Origin: Fimbriosthenelais zetlandica | Taxonomy: Eukaryota | Direction: 5' to 3' | NCBI GenBank assembly: GCA_977030845.1 | Contig: OZ365116.1 | Span: 19,778,001 to 19,842,000, forward strand | Length of the DNA: 64,000 bases | Part shown: positions 39,352 through 50,400 of the stretch, in pieces | Layout: the number at the start of each line of letters is the position of its first letter | How positions within the stretch are numbered: position 1 is the stretch's first letter | Made by a program: the position numbers and the translations under genes | The notes under the pieces: model-generated | Databases searched by the model: none | What the model was told of the DNA's origin: nothing | The model's input: the letters and a program-made list of their open reading frames with translations, nothing else

Positions 39352-41037
39352 ACCCTCAATGAACTGCTCAAGACGATCAGGCCGGACTACAACCATAGAT
39401 TCCTCACCAAATTAGACCTGAGACTATGCCTGAGAAATAACCCCATTGTTTGTCACTGAAGTATTCATACTAATGACCTTGTCTTGAACATACAACTACC
39501 CTTCCATACATTCCAAAAGGTGGAATGAGGACAAAGTTTATAGGTTCAACTGAATGCCCTCTGCACACTGTAGTACTAGCCATGACTAAAGTAATCCGGG
39601 TAGTGGTCCACTGAGAGGGAAACAATGATGTGAGTGACCTTGAAAGATCATGGTCTTGATGACCTTGTAATGCCCTTGATGCAGGTGACCCTGATATTAC
39701 CAGCAGCTTTGATGTGGAGGTAACAAAGAGTGGAAGCAGGAGGTGGGTTATTGTGAGGAAGCTGGCGGCCTGGCTTTATCATATCTATGTTAGAACGGAC
39801 CATAGAGGACAATACTAGACCTGGGCCAGTCATGTGAGGAACATGAGGGCCTCTAATCCTAGATGGTCAGATAACACCCAATGATTAAAGACATGGAAAT
39901 ATTGTTTTCTCATGAACTGTTTTACAAAGGAAACCCCAGCAAAAATGGCAAGCTTTGCTATAGAAAAATGCCATGTAGATCGATAAGTATGTGTATCCTT
40001 CCAAGGATATTCAACTACCCTCTTTCGTTATTCTACTTGATAGCATGAAATGAAAGTTTCATAGATTTGACAAGTACACTTAAATCAAATCTGACAGATA
40101 CGGTCCCGAGTAGGAAGCAGGCAAATCAAACTATCACTCAGACTGCCTCCTCTAACCATTCACTCACACAATCTTGAACATTGTGCTACCAGTTGTCTTC
40201 TTTCAATTTTCAGGCTTTTTATCTTTTTCTGGTGAGTAGAGGATGATTAGAAGGCAATTTTCTGATAGAATCAGATCAGAATCTGGATCCAGAATCACTG
40301 CCTCCAGACTGAGAGAGAATTGTGAAACAATATCATATTCTATTATGATGGAGCATATCCATACCTCCCGAGCTTTATCAGACAATACTCCATCCACTTC
40401 TAAAACAATCTCCATTCTCCCTCAGTGGGGTGGAGAACCATTAATTCTCTATCTGAATATAATAATATATCAAACTGAAGTATGTTTATGAATGACATAC
40501 AATTATAGATAGTACAAGAATGGAATTAGAGAAATATCCATACGCATCGTTTGGTAGGGACTATTTCTCGGGGACTATTTTTCTGATAGGGAATCATTGA
40601 GGACGATAAAACCAATAAGACCAATTGGGTAAACATCCTGTCGCTCCTCAAGAAGGGAAAGGGAAATGGAAAATCAGAAAAACGTATTTTATCGGAGGCG
40701 GCTGGAGTTGGGCAAGTGGGTTAATTGTGTGGGGAATGGGGTGCAGGGTGGTGGGTGGGGAAGTGGGGTGTTTCGTGGAGATGGGTGGAGGGTTGAGAAG
40801 AGAAGGGGGTAGAATTGAAGAAGCTGTTCAGTGCTTTGGGCCCTGTTTGACATAGTACTTCCATCAAGTTAGTACAAGTACACAGTAAATTACTCAGACT
40901 GAAGTATGACGTCAACATGAATGCAATTACCCAAAAACCAATGTACATTCCATATTGATCGCATGTAGTGACATAAAGTGAAGAAGATAAGGATAAAGCA
41001 TCTTTTAGGTTATCATCTGTCAATCAACATGGCTCAC

Positions 41038-41236
41038 CTTGACAACATTTCGGAGTTGGCGTTGGCATTGGAAGCTGAACCAGTACTACTGCGTCCACTA
41101 TCGCTGGTGGGGCTGACCACCGAGTTCTGGTTGAGGTTATGTTGCAGCTGCTGCTGAGCTGACTTCTGCTGCTGCTTGAACCGAGACAGGCTGAAGAACA
41201 GGCCGAGGATGGCCTTCAAATTACCATCCTTTATGT
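41038..41236 (-). CDS. NAV: Neuron navigator exon, end of CH domain plus Q/S-rich linker: DIKDGNLKAILGLFFSLSRFKQQQ...EMLS(R)
   Basis: Minus strand gttatcttttcag|ACATAAAGG...TTGTCAAG|gtgagc. 199 nt, phase 1 to 2. GNLKAILGLFFSLSR matches the NAV family motif (NAV2 EIRNGNLKAILGLFFSLSRYKQQQ); EMLSR matches EMQSR. Confidence 0.97.
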
Positions 41237-44200
41237 CTGAAAAGATAACATGTAAAAAGTTAATAAAAACTAGGGTATATTGAATTTCCCCTCTATCAAG
41301 GGTTCGGATAATCAATTGCAAGATAGTTGCCTTCTTTTCCATACTACTCATGGTGGAGTTGAAGACCTCGGTTGCATTTTGAGCCCTGGATTCGAGGAAA
41401 CACTTGCCGGATATTACATATGTTCATCAGAATGTTGTAGTCTAACATTTCTTGATGAAGACTATAAGTAAATACAGGCATGAACCTCTTATTTCTTTCA
41501 GTGTATGTGATGCCTGGATGTAATAACACTTGTCATATACTACAGTCACGTTATACTAGTGATAGACTTTACTACATAGACACCTTAGATCCGGTAAGAA
41601 AGATGACAGAATGATGAAAGTTGATTCACACTAAGTTTGTTCACCTGGATAGACAGTGAATGCTCAATACAAGTTCAGAGATGGTCCAAATCATAAAGGA
41701 AAAATATGTAGGGCAAAATTAACCAAATGATCAAATCAATATACCATGACCTGCAATAAAGCATGTTCTTGGGTTTTCACCCTGGGTAGAATAGATTAAC
41801 CAATGGAGCATACACAGTGTCTTGTTGGTTCAGGGTTGGTATTTCATTGAACACACCCCCGTGTGTTAATTGTCCCCATGACAACTGGTAATGATGTCAA
41901 TAGTGGGCGATAAATGGGGTCACGGTAGGCATTATTCACACACGGGTAACAAACATTTACACCCGTGTAATAACTGCCTAATCCCATCCCGCCTCCTTCA
42001 ACACATCAAGGGTTAATAATGATTAATATTTACCACCAAACCTCGATCTTTTATTAAATCTTTCAAGCCAACAAAGATTAACCAAAGTTCTATCAACCCA
42101 CACACGACCCATCCATGCGACCAGAGCAGCTCAGAACTGGAAACATCTGCTCGAGAAAAGCGTCATTAGAGATCTTAACACCTGATTGATTTCATTAGCC
42201 TTACTGTCTACCAACAAGACCTGGTGTTTCCAGTCTAAGTGGTAGAGGGAAACCTTGGGTCCTTGGTCCTTGGGTCAGGTTAACAAAGTGTACTTTTTTG
42301 ACACAATATATGTCCAAATTTGTCCAGATCCAGAGCTTTTTAAGCAGTTGGTCTCAAGGGAATCTGAGGTCTTGCAAGTTATGTTCGACTTGGACTTGGA
42401 GTTCAACAAGGATATACCTCCCACTTTATTAATTTGTGGGGCAAGTGTATAAGGGCAGTGCCTCTTAAAGAATTGTATTGGGAGGCTCCAACAACCCTGG
42501 GGAGCAGAGCCAAACGCTTCTGGCCCTTCTATGTACTTTTAAACAGCACAGACTAATAACATCTGTCGGCTGCTGCTCTATTTGTGATTGGAGACAAGAG
42601 TGTGACAACCTGATGTCAACAAGACCCCACTCCAGGATGACAGGCGATAATCCATTATTCAAGATGGCTGATCACCCTCCAAATCATGGTTCCATGAGTC
42701 ATTCTACCAACATATAGAATCACTCCACACACCCTGTTCTGCATGATTGATTTTTTCGTTGTTACTCTACCCTATCCATCAACCTATTAGGGTAGACAGT
42801 TGAAATTACATCCATGGTTTGAGTTGGTTGTCATTGGTTCTACAAGTGTTCTGAGCTACTCCTGCCAACCCACAATCACCTGGAGGAATAATTCAACATT
42901 TGATATCATCACAGTGGAGTGAGGGCCAGGCCTGACACAGTCATCATCTCATGTGTAACAAGTATAGGTTTACCAACTTTCACTCCCAGCTGATCAACTT
43001 TCCACTGACATCAATACAGCCTTGTGGCAATAAACGTGACTTCCAAGCCACAAGGTCACAATACTAATATTGATGGAATCTTCCAAGGGATTTCCCTTAT
43101 CATATAATGCACTTAATCTATTTAAAAGGGTATATAATTCATAATGCATGAGAACCCATTACCATCAATGACCATGGTGTATGAATTGCAGGGACACGCA
43201 ACCCATACTTGCAAAATGATGTTAATAATTTATGATTTAAGAAAACACCATCTAGATTGCTGAGTTATTTGGTCTGAAGAGAACATGGCAGGTGTCAGGA
43301 TAGCTTAATCATGGGGGACTACCAGCTAAAGCCTGGACAGTGTCCTCATAATGAGGACCGAGGAGAGGGGAGGAGTGGAGATCTACCAACAACAAACCAC
43401 ACTCATAGGATGAGGAGAGGAGGGTGGAGTGATGAGAAGGACACCAGCTCACCAATCACTTTTTATAATCATTAATTTAAATGATTTCATGGGGCATTTC
43501 TCAATATTTTCTTCCGGGGGAAATGTGAGGAAACATTGGTGTGAGTATTTGAGAAGTGGGGATATTAATTATTCATGACCTATCATGAACAGGACTTGTG
43601 TCACACGGTGACTGTATCAATATTGACCAGCCGTGGACAGACACTCTTCATACGGTCCTTATTTCACCCCCTGCCCTCCATGGAAACTGATGTGAGGGCG
43701 ATAACATGGGGAAGCTGAGGGCATGGCATTGTACTACCCCTAAACAGAGCAGAAATCAAAAACATTTTCAGCCAGAATTACTAGCAGCAGAATGACTAAA
43801 GAAATAGTGGTTCCTCCCATGCTAGCTGCTAGGACTATATTCAACCAGCTATTAGACATTACATATTAGATGTATGCTAAAAGATACTAGCTCTCTAATA
43901 CATGAATAGCATCTGACCAGGCTAGTTGATGTCTATAAGGCCTGTGTCCGCTGGTAGCAGTACAACTGCTGGGTGATTCACTCTGTCTGAGTCACGGTGA
44001 CTTTTTGTTGAGATCAGAGATCATTAGATTTATAATTCATCATTCTAGCACGTCTTATAATTTCATGAGCGCCTTCACACATTGACAATTCCTCGAGGGC
44101 ACATCAAGAGTTCCCAACAGCAAGAATGGAATCAATCAAAGGGATATTAAAGACTTGATAAAGTTTTGGTGGAGTAGGCAGTGTTAGATCTTGGCCAATA

Positions 44201-45348
44201 AGGCAACTACTCCCAAGACCTATAGCTAGACTATTCCCTGCTTTAATGTTCACATGTTGTGCTATAATTGGACGAAAAAAGTCTGTTATTAAACATGAGG
44301 GATTGAGGCAGCAATACAGGAACCACGAGTGCAGCAAAGTTTAGACATGTGGAAGCTTTCAGAGTTCCAGGAAACAAGGAAACAGACCTGTGGTGGTCAA
44401 TCTAATATGAAATTTGTGCAGGTTATTTTTTGTATATCGGACAGCAGAGTACATATTCGGGGGTTTAATTTTCAAAGATATTAATCTTTGTAGAGAAATG
44501 GCCAGTGCTTATGGAGATGAGCAAATTATTATTTGTATAAGTTTAAGTCGATAGCTCTAAAAATCGTGAAAATAAACATGGCGTGGAAATAAAAGATGAG
44601 GGATATTGACCACATCATATCAGTTCTTCCACAAGGAAGCAGAGAGGAACATCTGTGGTCAAACTAATACCAGACATGTTCCTGTAAATGTCGATATGAG
44701 TACTGGTGACTCATGTCTGTATAGACTCTCATAGAAGTCTCTCTGCTCTCTTATATATAGCCTCTAATAATACATCAAAGATGGCCTGGGGAGGCGGAAT
44801 GCCCCTTCCCACATAGACTTGCTTCTGGTATAGATTTTTTTCCTATACCGGTACTGTAAAAATCCTATCTTGGAATGCAATTCTATGGATATTCAAAGGG
44901 ACATCTTGGCGTAACAAGTCGAATTAATGTGCTACAAGAAGAACTGCTAATTTCAGATATACTCATAAAAGGTTGTTTAAGATGGAAATAGTACATATAT
45001 GTAGACAGTGTGATATGAGGAGAGGTTATGAGGTCTCTACTCCTCATCATATCCCATCTAAACATGCCTTTATGTGGCTGCCTCATGCATTTTGATTATC
45101 TTGTTCGAGAAATAAACAAGAATCCAGCCATAAAGGAATAGTACAACTTCTGTATAACTCACCAATATGATGAAGTCCTCTAAGGTCCCAGAGCAGGCTA
45201 GCTCTGGATCTATCAATATTTGGTGCTTGAAAAGCTTCCCTTTGTATGTGAAATAACTAAAATTACTCCCTTTCTTTGCAAGCCTTGGAGCTTGAAGTCT
45301 TTTGGGCTTCTTTCAATCAAAGCCCCTCAGAATGCAATGATGATTGAA

Positions 45349-45362
45349 GTTTCCATGACAAC
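45349..45362. promoter_or_regulatory. RFX X-box GTTTCCATGACAAC
   Basis: Exact match to the X-box consensus. Confidence 0.4.
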
Positions 45363-45725
45363 TTAATTGAATTTTCAGTAATGGCTTGTTTGCAACACAA
45401 GAAAGGACAATGGTACAGAAAAAGGGCTTGTTTAATGAATTGTTTGTATATAAAAAGGGACGACTCCAGAGACATTTGAAAACACTTTTGGTTCAGTCAG
45501 AAACATAAACAGCCCCTTCATCGATGGTCTGGTATCTATGTGTCAAAGCTGTGGTTTCCCCTACTTATTACCAGAATTGATAAAGAAACGATAGGGGTCG
45601 AAAAAATAAAGCTATCATCCCAGAAAAGCTATGAGATATATATGTAGGACCTGAGAAAAATGTCACCTCGAGGGAGGAGGGAGCTGTGTGTGATATATGG
45701 TGGTATGGACGGGGTGTAGAGATGG

Positions 45726-45739
45726 GTAACCATGGCAAC
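45726..45739. promoter_or_regulatory. RFX X-box GTAACCATGGCAAC
   Basis: Exact match; sits within a tgggtaa...ttaccca inverted repeat. Confidence 0.45.
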
Positions 45740-46098
45740 GATTACCCACAATGACTGATGGGTCCTTTGGGATGAGTCACGTGCTTTTTGATTGTATGTG
45801 TCAGCTACAGAGGGAGCCACAAGGACCTTAGTTATTATGAGTTGGCAGAAAGGCCTTCCCTCGTCACAACCGAGGCTGTAAAGGTATAGGCCTATTTGTA
45901 CATTTTTCATCACCTTAAAGATCACTTGTTATATTTTTTCTATTCATTCTAGTCATTTTAATTCTATTTCTTAAAAAGTAAACGGTTATGAAAGGTTAAT
46001 AGTGAAATATGGAAGGGAGAAAAGACCACAATCCATCATATCAAAGAGTATCCTACACTCTTTGATCATATTATTAATTGCTGATCAAGGCTAGTAGC

Positions 46099-46196
46099 CA
46101 CTGACTCCCGTGGCTCCCTCTACAGCATAAACCAGGAACCACAAGGTGAGTTGGCGAGCTACTCACGAGGTGGCGTGAGGGAGCTGTGAGTCAGTG
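46099..46196. other. Nested imperfect hairpin (about 20-bp outer stem)
   Basis: cactgactcccgtggctccctc pairs with gagggagctgtgagtcagtg; inner ccac/gtgg and gtgagt/actcac stems. Confidence 0.6.
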
Positions 46197-46879
46197 AGTT
46201 GGTTACCCATGCCTGGGTGCTGCTCATGCGGCTAGCATAATCTACCAGGCTACATGGACTGTAACAAGCCACCCACGAAGGTATAGCAAGAATCTTTCAT
46301 TTTTTTAGGGAAGGAATAAAATTTAATGGAGATTTCAACGTTTGAACTGACAGTCACAGGGAACATAAGGCATGGAGACTGAAAACAAAATGTCATTAGT
46401 TAACTTCTATTAGTGATGAAAGGGGAAAGTAGCTCTGGAGTAGTTTACATGCACTAGTTTACAGTAAAAGAGAGAGGACCAATAGGTTTACACATTACAT
46501 TATCTGGGTTGTACACATCCAGTCCCCTGCTTTCCATCACTTGTCTCTAAGAGCAGACATGCCTTGGCAGCTGCAGTGTTTTCTACACAACTTTCTGCTT
46601 ATTTTAAAAGACCGTTCAGGGTGGATAACAATGCTTTTTATACTTCACACTGTCAGGGATTAGTAACTATGTTTTCTCGGTTGTCAGGTAAATATATGTA
46701 CACGTGTTTCATTCTGGTTCATTTGCAGTGAGAGCTGAGGGAGGAGGCCCCGACAACCAGTACCACCACACCACCTGGCGCTACTTGCAATAACCAGCCG
46801 TGGTCATGCTTAGTTCCTATGGTACAGGTTTCCCTGGCTATGTCATAAGCCGTAACTATATATATAATTCATTACATAC

Positions 46880-47027
46880 CGGTATAACTGGAGTAAGAGA
46901 TGAATTCATGGGGAAATCGATTGAATATGTTGAACACGTGGTGGAAATCGAGTGCGGGCACGCCATCTTGGTTGTCGATGAGCGGTACGGTTGTCGTAAA
47001 ACTTACGGTTGTCGTAAAACTGGACAT
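46880..47027 (-). CDS. Candidate alternative first coding exon MSSFTTTVSFTTTVPLIDNQDGVPALDFHHVFNIFNRFPHEFISYSSYT
   Basis: Open frame ends ACC G|gtatgt in phase 1, which fits the 41236 acceptor. CpG-rich, and contains a YY1-like CAAGATGGCG (46961-46970) and an E-box. Confidence 0.4.
46986..47021. repeat. Perfect 18-bp tandem duplication (tacggttgtcgtaaaact x2)
   Basis: Direct reading; frame-preserving within the candidate exon (SFTTTV x2). Confidence 0.95.
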
Positions 47028-47908
47028 TGAACTATCTCGTGTATATACACTAATAATGTGATTAGGTGATGGCATAAATTACATTAGGACATTGTATTAT
47101 GAATTAAATTGTATTTAAAAAGGATTTAATTAGTATAACAGATATCAGAACCCACCGACGTTAATAAACACATCTCGAGCAGCACATGGCAGACAGCACG
47201 TGGCAGAGGGACGATAAGGCACAATGAGAGATAACCTTTAGATGAGAATGGAAACGGGGTAAGTCTAATCTTATTTATAACAAGTTTGTTAATTTTTTAG
47301 GAGACAAGATGATGTTATTATAGACGGAATGGTGGTATTTGGTAACCACATAAATCAGGTGTGGGAAAGGGTTCCATGTTGGGAGATGAATTACAATATC
47401 GGGGAGTAAGATACAGGTGCATTATTGGAAGAGATATAATTAATGTAGATGAGATAAAGAAAAGATTGTGTTTAGTCAAAGAAAGTCATTATAAATGTCT
47501 ACAAAAAACCAAGGGCAGTGTGGAAATTGAGCGCAGTTGATGAAAAGGGTCGAATGTGAGTATATAATATGGCAGCAAGAAAAACAAGGCTCAAATACAT
47601 GTGGTTCCATTTGGAATCTTATAGTTAAAGAGGAATAAAATTAGTACCATAACATTTTCAATCGTTCAAGAAGGCAGTTAACTCCATTCCAGAAATCTAG
47701 GTGCATGACAAGCTACAGTGAGTTTATCCAGGAAGGAACCTAATATATAATATAGGGTGTAGGGCTGGAATCTAGGCAGTACAATATGGCAGCATTAGAA
47801 CTGACAGTTGAAACTTTGATCGGTAAGCTTGGAATAATTAGAACCATTCACTGCAGGTAAGGGTGAACTTTACAGCCATGTGGTGGATGGAGGATGGTGG
47901 AGGATGGA

Positions 47909-47926
47909 GGGGGGGGGGGGGGGGGG
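47909..47926. repeat. G18 homopolymer preceded by ggaggatggt repeats
   Basis: Direct reading. Confidence 0.9.
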
Positions 47927-48705
47927 TGGATTCATGGCTCCTGTAGGGAAGGGGAGAGGAGCTGGTGAGAGCAGCTCACAGGCCCTGGTCTATGTTGAAC
48001 CCATGAACATACTACCTAAGATATTGGCCTGATGTGTGACAATCAACTGGGAAATAATCAACTTTCTAAATCTTCAGAAATCAGGAGATTAGATGATAGT
48101 AATGGACAGACCAAACATTCGTCCCTATAGACTATGCCATCTCCCTCAGCTTTGAAGTTTTTCCTCCAGGCCAAACCCTCAGAGAGAGGGTCAGCTTTGA
48201 GAAAGTCATCTCTAAAGGTTAATCTTTGATGTAGAAAGATGAGCAGGAGGAGGAGGGGGTAGTGTGAGTTTTAAATGTGATAAGAATCCCCAGTCACCAC
48301 ACCCTATCTTTACCACCCTGACCCCCTCCTCTGTGCTACGGGGTGATCTCAAAATCCAGGTCCGTCCTGGTGGACACCCGGGGTCAGGGTCACAAACAGC
48401 ATGGTCAGAGGTCACAGGGAGGGTCTCATTTTTAAAGTGGAGGGGTGGAAGATAAAGGAAAAGAAACTCAATTTTTGGAAAAATAAAACCTGGCATTTCC
48501 AAAGCAGGTTTTGTCTCGAGAATGGACCACTTAAATATAGTCTCATTTACAGGCAGTTTATTAGCAGTTTCAACTGCAGTTTCTGCAAAGAAATCCTAAT
48601 TCTAATCTTAAAATTGCCAGGAAATGCATTTGTAGGAAAAAAAACTTTCACCAAGGGAGATTTCAATGCATTCAGCCCTACACTAAGACTCGCATAGCTG
48701 GCATG

Positions 48706-48748
48706 GTCACGTGCAGCTGTGTTTCCTGTTTCAGGCACGTGACTTCCG
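48706..48748. promoter_or_regulatory. Paired inverted E-boxes (GTCACGTGC ... GCACGTGAC) with CAGCTG and ETS-like sites
   Basis: Direct reading; two CpG-containing E-boxes 20 bp apart, followed by ACTTCCG. Confidence 0.4.
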
Positions 48749-49123
48749 TCCTGCGACCTTTGCTTTTTGAAGGTGTGATAAGAAAATGTTGGGTACAGGA
48801 AGGTACAAATTACAGATAGCTATGGGGGTAAAAATGATGGTATATCTCCTGAAATAAGAACCAGATAGGCGCTCGTGGGACTGATCATATTAAACTCAAT
48901 GTCTTTTTAATAGGGGAGGATTTTACTGGTTGTAATCTGCTCCAGCAAAAATCGAACAGCAGAGTAATGTGAGAAAGTTTATTGTGCATCCCTTATCTCA
49001 CACAGACTTACACACACCTCCGGTCAATGTGTGGAAAAGATGTGTATGGAATGTATGATTCATAGCTTGTGCTAGCAGAAGGTTTGTGGTAGAAGAAAGG
49101 AGAAAAATAGGGAGAAAATTTAC

Positions 49124-49196
49124 CTTTAGCTGAGAGACCTTCAACGGTGACGCCCAGGCCTGACAGGAACGTAAGGCACTGACTGATGTTTTCAAC
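49124..49196 (-). CDS. NAV: Neuron navigator (unc-53/sickie) exon, CH-domain: VENISQCLTFLSGLGVTVEGLSAK(D)
   Basis: Minus strand tctttatttttcag|GTTGAAAAC...GCTAAAG|gtaaat. 73 nt, phase 0 to 1. Aligns by eye to NAV2 IENIDACLNFLAAKGINIQGLSAE and joins in frame to exon 41038-41236. Confidence 0.95.
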
Positions 49197-49838
49197 CTGA
49201 AAAATAAAGAATAACCTATAAGTATACCAATCAAAGAGTCAATAATAAGTCAATTATTCCTGAAAATCGAGGATAAAAGATACGTGTTTGTTCATATGCA
49301 GACCATTAAAAACTTCCAAACATATTTGCTCACATGAGCTGCTCCAGTTTGAGTGGAAGAAATGGTCTAGGAAGTTCAATCAAAATTTCAGAAGTGAGAT
49401 GAAGTGAGTGACCACAAGAGCCACACACTCACCGGCCCCCATCCCATGCCAATATACACACAGCCCATCTGCGGTGGGTGTGGTTTAGCTTATCTGGTTC
49501 TTATCTACCTGTGCTAACAAGCGTGTCATCAAGGGTGTGTATAAAGTGATATGTCTAACACCCTGTGATGGTCTGCTGCTGTCAGCCTCCATACACTATA
49601 CACCTCACCTTACAGGTGTGTAGGCTTCACTATAGAGTTTAATAAGACCTATAGGTGGATATGTAGCCATCTTATCCTCAATTCAAAATGGCCCAGGAGT
49701 GACTGACATATGTAATACAATATTCAGGACAAATGGAGCAGTATTTGGTAATTAGGGGCTGTCATTGGTGCTGTAAAATTAGAGAGATCTTTGCTGGTGC
49801 TCTGTGGGAGTTAAGCATGTGAGGTGCACCTATATTAC

Positions 49839-49967
49839 TGACTGCCCCATTTCCACGTGAAGGTAAGGGGGCTCGGGTTCGTCCATCTGTTGCTGTCGCC
49901 TTCTGTTTGAAACGTTTTTACACGCGGCCTGTTTGTTTATCGGCGTGTTGATGAATGATGTAAACAT
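49839..49967 (-). CDS. Candidate alternative first coding exon MFTSFINTP...MDEPEPPYLHVEMGQS
   Basis: CpG-rich open frame of 43 codons, acaATG context, weak donor TCA|gtaata in phase 0 that fits the 49196 acceptor. Confidence 0.22.
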
Positions 49968-50180
49968 TGTAAACACATGGATCCTCAGCCTCAAAGGAAA
50001 GGCGAAATGGGGAAAGACAAATGAGCAAAGAATGATTGAGGGAGGAAGGTAAAGGGAGAGCAGGGAGGTGTGAAAATGAAAAGGAGAGGACGCGGGAGGT
50101 ACTATTGGTTGATTCGGGGAAGAAATTGAGTGAAATTTGACTTGAAGCACCTCAGATTTTAAATTCTGAGTGCATCATAC

Positions 50181-50219
50181 CTCACTCGGCATGCCATTCC
50201 CTGCCTTGATCTGAGATCC
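50181..50219 (-). CDS. Candidate 39-nt cassette exon GSQIKAGNGMPSE
   Basis: ttttttccacccattctttatgcag|GGATCT...AGTGAG|gtatga; phase 0 to 0, open, about 1 kb upstream of the phase-0 acceptor at 49196. Confidence 0.4.
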
Positions 50220-50367
50220 CTGCATAAAGAATGGGTGGAAAAAATAGAGGGAAGGGAAAAACAGCAACCACAAAAAGTGTTCGGAAGATTTGTGTGGCAA
50301 GGGAAGAGGGGAGAGATAAATGCTGGGTACTTTTTAGGGTATTGGGGGCGGGGAGCTGGGGTGTCTC

Positions 50368-50400
50368 TGTGTGTGTGTGTGTGTGTGGGGGGGGGGGGGG
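50368..50400. repeat. (TG)n microsatellite fused to a G14 run
   Basis: Direct reading. Confidence 0.9.

Larger units (their letters stand above)
17002..41037 (-). other. NAV: About 24-kb intron of NAV
   Basis: Bounded by the gtgagc donor at 41037 and the cag acceptor at 17002 of two in-frame exons. Confidence 0.8.
41237..49123 (-). other. NAV: About 7.9-kb intron of NAV within the CH-domain coding region
   Basis: gtaaat donor at 49123 and cag acceptor at 41237; phases match. Confidence 0.9.

Noticed and set aside
40214-40237. Plus-strand 18-nt microexon-like cag|GCTTTTTATCTTTTTCTG|gtgagt
   Set aside because: No plausible partner exons identified on that strand; such motifs occur by chance in 64 kb.
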